Counted from the whole stretch's first letter, positions 12,073 to 25,117 are shown. The stretch is DNA of 63,123 nt, filler included, from Cercozoa sp. M6MM (GCA_040357565.1; 6 parts of 6 records of this genome joined end to end with filler, not necessarily neighbours in it); one strand, 5' to 3'. Notes: a model not told the origin generated them from the letters alone. Made by a program: numbers and translations.

Positions 12073-15000
12073 ATGCAAACGGTGCGTTTTCGCGTCCTAC
12101 CCGACCAGGTCTTGGGTGTGCGCGAGTTGCGCTCGTTGCGACGTCGGATTCTGACGCGTGTGTCCGCCTGGACGGGTCAGTATCTGTTCCACGCGGATGC
12201 GCGGGGGTTTTCACTGCGCGTGCGTCCGCGCGGAAGTGTGCTGACAGGCGAGATCGCGTATGAGCGGTGTGTGGACGACGAGTGGTTTGTGGCGGCGCTG
12301 TTTCTGCGACTGACCGCGGTATGCTTGTTGTTGTTGTTGTTGTTTTCTGCTGTTGTTTTTGTTGTTGTTTGTGTTGTTGTTTTTGCTGTTGTTGTTTTTA
12401 CGTTGTTGTTTTTCAGTTGCCTGAGTTTGGCGAGATGAGCGTGCGTGTGTACGACTCCAACGACGGTAGAATTCGCTGTGTTTTTTGTATTTAGTGTTTT
12501 TCACAGTTGTGTGTGCTGTGCCGACAGGCGAGTTCATGCTAGCCGAGACAGCGATCGCTGATGACTTTCCGCATGGTACGAGGTGACTCCCGAGTGAGTG
12601 TGACACGTGTCACGCCTGTGGGACTCCTAACTGAGACTGAGTGATTCTGCACGTGTGCGCAGAGTGGCTCAGTCCGGAGGTGGCACCGCACCGCGTCTGG
12701 CTGCGTCGCGGCGTGCTGCTGGTGCTGCCACGTGCCATGGCGACGCACGTCGAGTCCGACGAAGAAGCACGTGCACTGATCAGAATGAGACGGTTTCAGA
12801 TCGATCAGTCCACTCGACACGTGGCTCGCACCGACGCGATCAATGTGCAACTCATGCACAACGAGGCCACGCAGGCGATGCAGGAGGTACCTTTTCCTCC
12901 TCCTGTGACTTTGTCTGTCGACAATGACCCGCACAGGCACTGCAACTCCGCATTCGACACTTTTTGACGGTATTCTTGACTGACTTGTTATTTCTATCCC
13001 ACGCATATTGACGCTTGCGTTTCTCAGGCAATTGACTGCATTGAAGCAGACAAGCCGGCGCACTTTCAACAGGTACAAGTCAAAGAAAGCAATGATTACA
13101 CTTTAACTTTTAAAATCGTCCTTTATGATGATGTTTTTCTAGTGGCACGACATGCGCGTTGCTGTTCCACGGAAGTTCGCGCTGCTGCTCGAGCTTCTAG
13201 CGTCCGAGAAAATGCAGAAATTGTGCGACGCTGTTTTGCAGAACGAACATGAAAAATTGTACAGTTTTCTGCTCTGTCTTTCTCTGCCGTTTGATTATAC
13301 GGCTTGCACAAACAGACCAATAAGCAACAGTGTCGACCTGACACAAAGCGCGCGTGTTTCGCGCTTCCTCGCGGAAGCTGTATTTCCCTTTCTTTTGTTC
13401 AGTTTCTTCGAAATTCGTGTTTTAATTTTTGCTCGCTGCAGGTGCGTCAATTCTGTGCCGTTCACGGACAGGTATGCCGATCCGAAACTCTTTAACTTTA
13501 ATGAAAAAGGCGATTGTACGGTTTATGTCGAACAGGACCAAGTTGACGACGGTTCTTCGGCGAATCTGTTGGCGCAATCCTCGGATTTTCGTGATTTGTT
13601 GCAGGTGCCCACAATCGCAATTTCATTTCGATGTTTCTGAACCGGCAGGTCGTTTTGAGCAGAAACTACAACAACACAAGGAAGCGAAACAGAAGAAAGC
13701 AGCTCCGACCGATTTGTCGCTCAAGCGCTGGCTTAACGGAGAATTTATGTACTTGCAGATCCGTCTGACCAAGTTGCAGTTTGCTCTGTTGACACGTGTG
13801 GCCTACACGCCATCAAAAGAGGTACTTTGTGACTTAAGGAATCTCTCTACCTACTTTACGTGTTTATTTGTGCAGATTACTAAAGACGCGGCAGCGATTT
13901 TGTCAGAGGCACAAACAAAACCTGTCCGCGCGGAAGCTGGCAACAAACGGTATCTGAGCTTTTTCTGACCCAAGCTTAACTCGAGATACTGGTTTATGGC
14001 ACAGACTGGGAGGTGATGCTTCCTTGCCGAGCGAAGCGCACATGCGTGCTCTCAATCTCGGTACATTTTATGTAATAGCTCACGGTTTGTTTTACTGGAT
14101 ACGTTTCCTATTGCATAGGAACGAGGTTGTTGGCTGGTGTGACGCTGCTGGCGAACAGTTTTGGAGGCGACGATGACAGCAGCGACACCAAGATCACTGC
14201 CGCTTCTTCTCGTATCTGCTCTGTTTGCTTTGAGAATGGTGGAGACGGAAATTGAGTTTGCGCAGTGGACGAGATTCGCGAGAAACGCGCGAAATTCGTG
14301 CGAATTTTGCTCCGAAATTTCGCCAAGATTCTGGAGAATCGTTCTTCTAACTTGAAAGAATCTCAACAGCCTCGTGGAAGCTTTGAAGAAACGCGAGCAA
14401 GCGATCGAAGTGATTTCATGTGCGTCGATGCTGGTGTACGTTTCTTGTTCTTGCTTTTCGTGTGCGTGTGTGTGTGTGCGTGTGTGTGTGCGTGTGTGTG
14501 TGCGTGTGTGTGTGCGTGTGTGTGTGTGTGTGTTCTAATATTTGCATGATCAGACGAGCGACGGCGACTTTTGGGAAAAGTTCCACGTGCGACTGGAACA
14601 GACGCAGAACCGCGAACTGGGGGACTTTTTCGATCGCGCCGATTTCGACGACAGCGAAGAGACGCCGGTTGTGACTGTATGTCCTGCCTCCTGTGCCTGT
14701 TGCCCTCTGTGTTGTTAAAAGTGTGTACATAACACGTTCCTGTAGGATGCCAAGCGATCGGCGCTGCCAGGAGTGATGCGTCAGTTCGCACAGTCCAAAT
14801 CGACGCACGAGGGTGTCGAAACTGCCACAGTGCATGCGAGACTGGACGCACACACGGGCCTCAATCACGGCATGGATACCGACAGTGATGATGCCGACAG
14901 TGATGATGCCGACAGTGATGATGAGGCCGACAGTGATGATGTACACGCAGCTTTATTTTTGTATATGTACATTTATATCTATATACGTGCATCTGTCTGT

Positions 15001-15405
15001 ATCTGTATGAATGATTGTTGCCTACAGGAGGACACGATGCGTGTCACCATGGCCGCCATGGACGTGCAGCTCGCCGAGCACTCCGCCGGCGGCACACGCG
15101 ACCGGCCCGTCATGTTCGCCCAAGAGGACGACGAAGGTCTGATTCTCCTGTTGTTTCTCTCTTTGACTGCGTAACAATGAGAAGTCATTCGTGCTTGCTC
15201 GCAGAAGGAAACAGGCAAGTCGACATGGCTGTTGTGGCTGGTCTGCTGCAGTCCTTGTCCGCGGGTATGCTGTTTCCTTTTGCTCAACACGATTAATGAA
15301 TTATGTACGCGATCTGTTTTAGAACTGGGTGACGAAACTGGTGCCTTCGTGGGACCAACTTCAACACTTCTGCGGCAACTGCAAGACGGCCAAAACGCTA
15401 ATTAA
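12073..15405 (+). CDS. ECD: Ecdysoneless / SGT1-family protein
   Basis: VDDEWFVAALF, DGEFMLAE, WLSPEVAPHRVWLRRG, acidic DSDDA region, C-terminal GLLQSL...VGPTSTLL; TAA 15403-15405. Confidence 0.8.
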
Positions 15406-15650
15406 AACCTGCACTGGTCGGCGCTTGCCGAGAATTGTGCTATCTCGTGGCACCTAGGATGAGAGTATGTGCAACTAACCACTGCACACACACGTTCACT
15501 ATCAACCATGCGGTGGTTCTTGGCCCTGCGTCGTCAGTACTCAAGGATCAATCAAGATCAGTCTGATCTGGACCTGGGACCGTCTCCGGTCTTGAGCGGC
15601 ACCGTATCCCCGTGCTTCTGGTTCCCATTTGCTAGTACGGTCCGGTGCCA

Positions 15651-17597
15651 ATGGAGCTTTCTAGCCAGCAAGAGAGAGGGATGCACACAGGTACGCTTTG
15701 CCTGCGGATTTGGGCACTTATTTTGTCGCAACAAAGTATCGTTGCTCTGATGCTTGACTCAAAGCAAAAGTGTGCTGGTGTGTCTGCCGGTTTTATACCG
15801 TGCGGCACGCGAGATTTGGTCATGATCACGGCCCGAGATCAGTTGATTTGTGTTTCTGTGTGATTGATTCTTCACACGATTTGTTTGTATTTTCCGGGCA
15901 GAAGAGTGTACGCGCGCACGCAAACCGCCGCGACTGACGATTGACACGCTGGGCACCAAGGAACCGGCGCAAGCAGGCGGCGCGAGTGTCACCGTAGTCT
16001 CTGGCATACGGGGGGGGGGTGTGGAAATTCCTATTGGGATCCACAGGATGACATCGCACCGGTGGAGATGCCGCCGGCAGTCGACTCAGGCGGCACCATC
16101 GGCGAAACCGTCGTGGGTCGCAGTCGGTCCAGTCACCGTCAGTCACGTGCCAAGCGGAAGGAGCGCCGGCGTCGCCACCACGCGCAGCAGCAGCAGCAGC
16201 AACAACCTCAACAGATGATGCTGCACTTTGTGCCTGTGGCACTACAACCCGACTCGCCCAACTACGAACGCATTGTGGTAAAGACCGGCGGGATTAAGGG
16301 GGCGCGGGGTGAGCGGGGGGGGGGGGGGGTAAAGTAGAAAGTGTCGTTGTGTGCAGCTCATGGCGGGCCAGTGTCTCGAATCGCCTGCGCCTGGTACGCC
16401 CACTTCCAGCCTTTACCCTATATACCCCTTATACCCGTATACCCCTTGTACACCTTGTACCCTTTATACCCTTCCATCTTTACCCCCCCTCCCCCGGTGG
16501 GCAGGCGCGGGAGGCACTCCGCTGAGCGTGGGCAGTGGCACGTCCTATGGCTACGGCGCTGGCTACGCCTTCGGCGGCAGTGCCAGTACGGTCAGTAGTG
16601 GTACACATGGACACGGACTTGGACCTGGACATGGACATGAACATGGACATGATCCAGCGAGTCCCGGGATGATGTGGTACCCGACCAACATCGGCAGCAT
16701 GACGGTGCCGATTCTGCAGGGTCCCAACGGTACCACACCTCAACTTCTGAGATCACTCACTATCAATCACTTATCAATCACTATCAATCACTGATCAATC
16801 ACTGATCGATAATCGATCGATCATTGATCACTATGACCACGTGACAGGTCACCAGTGGTCACCCATACCGTCGCCGTTGACGTCGCATCCGCTCGTGTCG
16901 CCCAAGCCGCTGCCGCTGCAGCAGTACCTCCACTTGACCCCTTTTACACCCCCTTCTGAACCCTCCCCCACAGACTGGTGAAACCGTCAGTCAGTGAGTC
17001 GCCTCGTGATCGATCACCGTCGCGCGTGCAGCAGCCTTCCGTGCCATGTGGCTATCAGAAGTCACCGCGAGGCAAGACGCACACGCCGTCGCCGAGTTAG
17101 TTTTACACCCCCACCCCTGCTTACCTCCCTGCTTACCCCCCTGTTTACCCCCCCCCCCCTGCGGCCCCCGGTGGCCGGCTTGTGTACCCCGGGTTACCCC
17201 CCATCTTACCCCCTCCCATCTTACCCCCCCATCTTACCCCCCTCCAGTGCGCATAACGGTGACGGAGGCGCCGCCGGTCGAGTCGGACGACAGCGCGAAC
17301 GACGACGGCGGCGGCGTCTTTGCCTGGGCCGTGTCTCAGCGCGGATGCCGACAACTACAGCAGGTCTGTGTCTGTGTGTGACCCATGTGACCACTCTGAG
17401 TGACCATGTGACCACTCTGAGTGACCACTCTGAGTGACCACTGACGGTTTTTCTGCGTAGATGCTGCGCAGTGGCGATCCGATGGCGCACGAGTCTTTCG
17501 AAGAACTCCAGAAGCTCGGTGTGCCTGTTTACCCCCCTATTTACCCCCCTGTTTACCCCCCTGTTACCCCTCCCTCCCTTCTGCCTGCTTACCCCTA
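15651..17597 (+). CDS. Hypothetical low-complexity protein (polyQ, G/H-rich), 3'-partial, start uncertain
   Basis: GC-rich exons separated by GT-AG introns; runs into the contig end. Confidence 0.4.
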
Positions 17598-17697
17598 NNN
17601 NNNNNNNNNNNNNNNNNNNNNNNNNNNNNNNNNNNNNNNNNTTAATTAATTAANNNNNNNNNNNNNNNNNNNNNNNNNNNNNNNNNNNNNNNNNNNN
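17598..17697. other. Artificial contig spacer N-TTAATTAATTAA-N (also at ~41085-41183, 50717-50816, 58275-58374, 60802-60901)
   Basis: Identical six-frame-stop linker flanked by N runs; sequences on either side are not physically linked. Confidence 0.97.
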
Positions 17698-17805
17698 GGG
17701 GGGGGGGTAAAAAAGCGGTGGGTAGCTAGGTAGGAGGCAAAGAGGAGGGGGTAAAAGGTAAGAGGGGGGTAAGAGGGGGGGTAAAACAGGGGGGTAAACC
17801 CACCA

Positions 17806-18945
17806 GGCAGCGCGCCGTAGCAGTCGCCGCAGTAGGTGCTGTTGTGCGATGCGACCACCTGGTCATGCGCCTGCTTGCGCGCGCGCACCAGTGCCTCGTC
17901 CAGTACCTAGGCATCCACAGGTAGCTCCCCCTTAACCACCCGCACCCTTTAACCCCGCACCCTTAACTAGACCCCAAACCCATAGCTAGACCCCTTAACT
18001 AGACCCCTTAGATAGACCCCTTAACTAGACCCCCAAACCCTAAACTACACCCCCTTAACTAAAGGCCAAAGCACCTGTCCTGGCACGTACTTGGTGCGAC
18101 CGCCATAGGCCGCCTCGCCAATGTGCAGCTTCGTGATGTCGTGATCGATGTGCAGCGACGTCTCGCCCAGCGTGTCGATCACGTCCACCGACAACAACTC
18201 GCACGGCAGGTGCGGAAACGAGATCTGCCGGGGTACACGGGGGTGCACGGGGGGGGGGTAAATAGGGTGATGAATAGGGTGATAATAGGGTGGTAATAGG
18301 GTGGTAAATAGGGTGGTAAATAGAGTGGTGTTAGGGTGGTAATAGGGCGGTAAATAGGGTGGTAAATAGGGTTGTAATAGGGTAATAAATAAGGTGGTAA
18401 TAGGGTGGGAAATAGGGTAATAAATGGATGGTAAATAGGGCGGTAAATAGGGTGGTAATAGGGTAATAAATAGGGTGGTAATAGGGTGGTAATAGGGTGA
18501 TAATAGGGTGATAAATAGGGTGGTAATAGGGTGATAATAGGGTGATAAATNNNNNNNNNNNNNNNNNNNNNNNNNNNNNNNNNNNNNNNNNNNNNNNNNN
18601 NNNNNNNNNNNNNNNNNNNNNNNNNNNNNNNNNNNNNNNNNNNNNNNNNNGTAAATAGGGGGGTAAACAGGGGGGGTAAATAGGGGGGTAAACAGGGGGG
18701 TAAAACACACCACTCGCTCCGGCGACAGCCAGCGCGCCGTTTCGTGAAAAAAGAGAATCGCCATCAGCACCACGGCACAGATCGACTGCATCCGGAGGGA
18801 GGGAGGTAAACAGGGGGTAACAGGGCGTAAAGGGCACATAAACAGCTACCAAAACACCGCCCGACATCGTGTGCACCGAGTGCCGCAGTTTCGGGAACAA
18901 GTCAGCGCGCTGTAGCACATCGTCCGCGCGGTTGCCTCGCTGCAT
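17806..18945 (-). CDS. ERGIC3: ER-Golgi intermediate compartment protein ERGIC3/Erv46, 3'-partial
   Basis: LQRADLFPKL...TMSGGVLSICAVVLMAILFFHE; ISFPHLPCELLSVDVIDTLGE; YCGDCYGA. Confidence 0.88.
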
Positions 18946-19221
18946 CCTCTGTGTGTGGAATAATTGCAACTTCACTTTCTGCACGCCGCCCAGAGCAAGT
19001 GTGCCACTGTGCACACAATCTGCAAAATGTACCACACGCCTTGAGACCTGCTACCAAGCCGTCAACGAGATTTATAGATTTGGTTAAGTGTGCGGCAGTA
19101 TTTTTGAAGTAATCTGTATTTTCCCCAGTCTGTCTACTTTATTGTTGATTTAGGACAAGTGTGTTAATTACTTGTCTTGCTCACGTTGCGTCAGCAGTGG
19201 CTGTGATGGGCACACGTGCCA

Positions 19222-20402
19222 TCACAGGCAGCTGCATGGCAGCACATGCTTGCTCGCGCGACTGAGCACGGCGGGCACACTTGATGACATCTTAAGAGAA
19301 GGAAAGAAAAGGCACCTGTTGCAGCATGGACAGATCGGCCAACACGAGTGCGCACATCGCTTCAACGATCGGTACGGCACGCGGAACGACACACTAGTTC
19401 GAGAAAAATACGCGTTAGTTGTGAGGTTTAAAAAAAAAAGAAAAAGGGTCAAACAGGATCATGGCGTCCTTTGCCGTGTAAGACAGTGTCGCTGCCGCCA
19501 AAGTTGGCCGTGTGCTGTGCCTTGCCAATCGAGGCCTGTGGGATTTGTTGCATTCTCAACTGGACTCAACTGGACCCAACTGGACTCAACTGGACCCAAC
19601 TGGGCTCAACTGGACTGGACTGGGCTCAGGGTACCGGCGGTTTGAACACAACTCGAAAGACGACGTCGGCACCGTTGGAAACGCCGCCCTGTACGCCGCC
19701 ACTTCGATTGGTCACCGTGGCCAGTGTTCCCTCTCGATCTCCCTACACTCGATGCTCTGGATTCTGACAGCACGTTGACATCCTGGTACACTAGGGAGTG
19801 TACCCGCACAAAGCGGTCGTTGTGCTTGCTGCCATGTGCACACGCAGCTTCAAAGCCGCTGCCGATTTCAAAGCCTATGGAATACAATATATATACCTAA
19901 TTTAAAAACATATATATATATATATATATGTATACATATATATATATATATATGCATATGTAGAGGTATTTGTGTACGTAGATGTAGATTTGAAGTACCC
20001 CGACAAGCCGGAATACTCAACATAGCATGTGCTAACACGGCCTGGTGTGCAAGAAGTGTGGAAGGTTAGATACGAGAGATCAGGTTTGCTAGATATACCT
20101 CCAGCTTGTCAAACACAGGCTCGCCCCAGCCGGCGGGAACATTGCGAGCAACACACGTCACGATTCCGCCGCATGAGTCGCCTGTTCACGGGTGGGTAGG
20201 TGGGTCAGTAGATAGGTGAAAGGTAAGAAGACAGGCAGGTACGTAGATAGGTAGGTAGGTAGGAGGTAGGTAGGTAGGAGGTAGGTAGGCACCTTCAGAC
20301 TTTAGTTGCAGAATGCGTTCTTGCATCGCGTCTTGAACCGACTGGTCGGGACATCTAGAGAGCCAGCATAATGTTGAGTTTATGAAAAGAAAAAGGAAAC
20401 CT

Positions 20403-20450
<48 letters not shown>

Positions 20451-20460
20451 NNNNNNNNNN

Positions 20461-20511
<51 letters not shown>

Positions 20512-21532
20512 AGAGAGAGAAAGAGAGGAGTTGTACCGAGTCATATGTGCATCCACACTCTCTCTCGTCAATACTGCAGTTTCCAACTCACGGGATGCTT
20601 TGATATCATCGACCTGTCAAATGAGCAAGTACAATACAGGCAAAAATGACAAGACAGAGACAAGACGTGTACCTGTGACACCCAGGCGACAATTTCGACA
20701 CCGAATGCGCTCAAAAGAAACTGCTCAGCCACCGTACCTATGCTTGATGAGGCATTGGAGAGGTACAAACTACAGCTGCACTATACAACATACCAGCAGC
20801 AACACGAGCCACCGTCTCCCGTGCAGAGGACCGACCTTGACAGTCAATGCATGTGCTTAACTGATCCTCTGGAAGTAAAGTGTCTCAGTACCACCTCCAG
20901 AAGACGCACGCACACCGTACTTCTGCTGGTACGCGTAGTCGGCATGCGAAGGACGCGGTGTGTCCTCCACGTGACTGCAGCACCCACATACCACACCCTT
21001 GCAAACAGAAGAGAAACACGGAAACACACGAGTAGTCCTGCGGCCGCCGATCCTTGTTTCGCACGAGCAAAAGTAGCGGAGTTCCCAGTGTGATTCCTGC
21101 TAGCACAAGACAGTGCGAGACAGGAGTTTGGGAGCACTCAACTGCACATGAATACCTTGCTCTGCACCCGACCAGACCTCGACTTGATCGGTCTCATTTC
21201 GAGCTGTTGTGATCGCTGACTGACCCTGTATTTTTTAAGGTCAAAGATGCAGAAAAATTCAACAACGCGAAAACACACCGGGCGTCGCCGCGTTAGTTGA
21301 TGTTGCACTTTGTTCAGGTCCAGTTGCATGCGCGGCTGTTCGCACGAACAGGCATACACAAGTGTCCCATCCAGTTTTGGCTGCATCAACTCACAGGAAC
21401 GCCGTCAACTGAGACGCCAACGCCGCGACAGTGCGACTCGCCTACAATTAAGGATGCCAAACCAACATTAAAGGGACAAATGGACTGCGCACCCCATGTC
21501 GAAACGCGGAACAATCGGCCAAACGTAGACAT
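19222..21532 (-). CDS. aroC: Chorismate synthase
   Basis: [17 protein letters not shown]; [18 protein letters not shown]; RPSHAD; GDSCGG; [12 protein letters not shown]; GFEIGSGF; [11 protein letters not shown]; KGRHDPCV; many GT-AG introns; last exon less certain. Confidence 0.95.
19556..19629. repeat. 10-bp tandem repeat (TGGACYCAAC) in a chorismate synthase intron
   Basis: About 6-7 degenerate copies visible. Confidence 0.85.
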
Positions 21533-21702
21533 CCTTTATCGGTCACTAGATGAAGTTAGCTGCCTAAAAAAGTGTGTCACCGCACTAAACTCATTCAAGT
21601 TTCTGTTGTTAAGTGTGCGGAGTTTGCTGGGCTGTTGGTTTACAGATAAGCGTGTTGTGCTATTGCATTGCGCGCTGCCGGGTGGTACTACCGTTCTAAA
21701 CC

Positions 21703-22999
21703 ATGTCGATGTCAGAAGAGCCAAGCAAGAAACGGCGTCGAGGACATGCAGGAGAAAAGATAGTTGATCGCTCTCCCCTGCAGGTAGAATATCGTTGTGT
21801 TTTTGACTTCCTTGCTTTGTGTACTATTCCTGGTGAGTTCAGACGCAATTCGCAGAGTTCCGTGAAGTCCTGGATCAGCGCGACGCGCGCATAGAAGCGG
21901 TGTACAAGCAGGCGTAAGTTTGATTGGACTGGCAGTGTCGGTCCCAATGAATCCCCAGTGCAGACGTGATGTAATCAAGATGGCGAAAAAGGCGATATTT
22001 GCCGAGTTGCGTCACGCCAGCGAGCATGGCGTCTTTCGCAATGATAGGCATGTCGCTGTTTGGTGTTTAAATTTGATTGTAGATGACCCGTATTGATCAT
22101 TTGCAGCGAAGAAACGCAACTGGACCGGTCAATGGCGAAACTGTTCGAACAGAGTCGAAAAATGTATTGTTCTCGTTGGTTTGGCCACAGTTAGTGTGCT
22201 GGGCAGTTTGTTGACACAGTTTCGGTTTGTTGGACGGCGACGAGGTGCGGCGTTTCGCATTCAAGTACACTTTCGCACTCGAGGTAGTTCTCCAGGTTTC
22301 GGTTGGTGTCCAACAATCAAGGTTGATTGAAAGGAGTGCATCGAAGCGGCTTGCGTTCACTACTTTCGCAAAACAAAGTCTCTGCTGCCGCCTGCGCAAC
22401 TCTGCGAACTGATCGGCGGTAGCTTCCCTTCTTGTTTGACCCAGAGTGCAGAGTGACTCAACACAGGCCCCGTGTCGAACACGGTTTATGTTCTCGGAGT
22501 CGCTGATATTGGAGGCGAACTCATGCGCATGGGTAGGCAAGCTGCACTTGTTGTTGAGACTCAGAAGATAGTGCACTGTAGCCACCAATGCCATCGTGCG
22601 CAAGGATGCCGAGAGTCCACGCATGATTCTCGACTTTCTGCGCGAGCTCATGTGCCACACAGGTAGAGTTTTCATTCGAGGTGAGACGCCTCCGTTTTGT
22701 TGTGTGCACCGTGCTTGGTGGTTCCAGAGGCTTTTACCGCGGCTGCGAGTGTCGACGCACGCACTGCCAAGTCGCTGCAGCAGAAGGTGCAAGTGCTGCA
22801 CCAGGTCCCGCCTTTCCTTTTGTCTCTGCACATGGTGTGTGTGATCGGATCGTTCTCTCAGAGTGTCAAAAAGGTCGAGCGACTGTGCTACGATGTTCGA
22901 CTCCGCGAGGTCGACGGACGGGACAGCGAGTTCGATCCGACCGCGGATTCGTCAACGTTTGACCCCACTGGCAGCAGCGGCGAGATCTCCGTTTCGTAG
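21703..22999 (+). CDS. TSNAX: Translin-associated factor X (TRAX)
   Basis: FAEFREVLDQRDARIEAVYK..RDVIKMAKKAIF; YVLGVADIGGELMR; SVKKVERLCYDVRLRE. Confidence 0.85.
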
Positions 23000-23069
23000 G
23001 GCCTTTACAGACTGACTCAGATTCGTCCTCTCCGCGGGCATGAACCCAGGCTGACCAGTTGGTCTATTA

Positions 23070-24774
23070 TCATTGCAGTAAAAGAGAAAGATGAGTCAGC
23101 GAGAGTTTGTGTCTTTGTTTGAGCCACAAACTCTTAAAATCGAACAGCCTTAACGAAGATGTCCTGGGAACGTCAAAGGGTAAGACGAGAGCAAGCGACG
23201 CATGACGAAATTGAACGAAACTCTCGACTGTACGCATGCATGTGTATGCGATGAACCTCTCAAAGCTCTTCCCGGTCACTCTCGGAGCAGGCGGGAGTCA
23301 TATGGAACACCTCACACTTCGCACAATCTGCTCAGCGCCAACAAGAACAAGTGCCCACTCAGTTAAAGCTGCGAGTCGACAACACTAAATTACACAGCAA
23401 CGAGTCATCTCGATCGAGAACACCTGCTGCTTCGAGTCTGCACAGAGTGCAAGGCATATATTCGATCCACCAACTCACTAGTGGCAAAGAAAGAGTGAGG
23501 CTACTCGATTGCCAAACGAGTTGGCAGAAAGGCCTCGCCGCTCTTTCGATCAAACACATGTTGTGGCAGCAGCCTGAGTCAAAACGCAACAAATAACACC
23601 GATTGAGGTCTCCAAACAAGTCGACCGAAAACGAAAAAAAGAAAGGCCGTACTTGCGCCTGGTTTCTTCAAAACCATGCGGTTGACCAAAACCGACTTGA
23701 ACATTCTCGAGTTCTGCAAAGACAAACAAATCCGTGGCGTAGTTAATTCACGCATGCAGACAAACGTACTCAAGATCCTGTAGGCGGCAAGCGAGTCGGG
23801 ATAGGCGGCAAACTTAAGCCAGACATAGCCCTGCGAAAGAGCACAAAACCCTCAAGCCGAAACTATACATCGATCGATAACCTGACCTTCTTGCTTCGTG
23901 CTAGTGTGTTGACAGTTTCGAGGTTGTTATCTGCCAGCAGCTTTTCGACTTTCGCTTGTGTGACAGTGTCATCTGTCACTACGAGGTTACAAGTGACCAC
24001 ACGGGTCACCTGTCGCAGAAGGAATCAACAATTACAACACGGTATGTCAAGGCAAGAAAGGAAGTACGTTGGGTCGAGGTGAGCGCGCTTGGTCGCCAGT
24101 GATCGTAGCTTCCACTCGATCTCCATACCGACTGAGCATCGGAAATTCTAGAATCCCTGACGACATCAGTTTTGAGAGATACCTCACGTATTGCCTCAGT
24201 CGGCGGGACAGTGTCGCAGTCGCACGTGCGCGTTTTTTTGGCAATGCTATCTATGCCGAACGGATAAATTCTCAAGCACTAAATAACGCAAGAACTTAAG
24301 TGCAGCTACTTGTGTAAACCCGGCAATCTTTCGGTGACTTGCAAACTCGACTCTGTCGCTATGGCAGCTTAAAACAGGCAAACAACACCCAAACTTTCTT
24401 GAATAATAGTCATACCCGAGAATCTCAAGAACGTGCTGCCGCAGGAACTCCAGCGACGGAGAGTCGTGCAACAGTACAAACACTATTTTGTCTGAGACTT
24501 TTGCGGAAACTGCACCCTTGTAATGCGAAGGAAGAACTGTGAAATCAATACTGTGCTGTACCAGACTGCGAGGCAAGCTCGCACGCCCGTCGTGTGGCGA
24601 CTGCACCCAACTCCAGTTCGGTGGCACATGGTGTCACATCGCGGACTTCACCTGCCAAGCAAAGTAAGTTGGGGGATCTATATCACACGATATTGCGGGT
24701 GTAAGAACCGTGCAAAACACTCGCGACGTGCCGCTCCAGTCCGGCATGCCTTGCGTCGCGATCAACAAAGACAT
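23070..24774 (-). CDS. Divergent RRM-containing protein (ends approximate)
   Basis: RNP1-like GYVWLKF followed by helix DSLAAYRIL at ~23770-23830; multiple short exons. Confidence 0.4.
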
Positions 24775-24886
24775 GAAGTCTTCTTGCCATTTATAATATT
24801 CTGACGGTAGTAAACCACGAGAGTACTCATCAATAGCGAGTCTGAGAGCATTTCTACACTATTAATTTTTTTATTTACATTTATTT

Positions 24887-25117
24887 AACGGGGCATGGAT
24901 CACAGTGGTTGCCCCCGATCGGTCCGTCCACTCCACGTGCACAGGACGCCCGGGCGGTGTTCCAGCAGCGTAGGCAGTCAAAATCTTATTGGTACAGCCG
25001 TTACTGTGAAAAACAAGGGGCCGGATGGGCAAGCCGTGCACACAAGTGGTCCTGCGCGATTGTGTGATCGCACAAGGTGCCCGCGGATCCGTAAGGGTCG
25101 TATCGTGTTGCCCCGTT
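24887..25117 (+). ncRNA. Candidate structured intergenic RNA or small inverted-repeat element
   Basis: 9-bp terminal complementarity AACGGGGCA/TGCCCCGTT, internal stems and a GTAA (GNRA) tetraloop hairpin; GC-rich island with AT-rich flanks. Confidence 0.35.

Noticed and set aside
17642-17653. Recurrent TTAATTAATTAA as a biological site or piggyBac TSD
   Set aside because: Always embedded in N runs; an artificial contig linker
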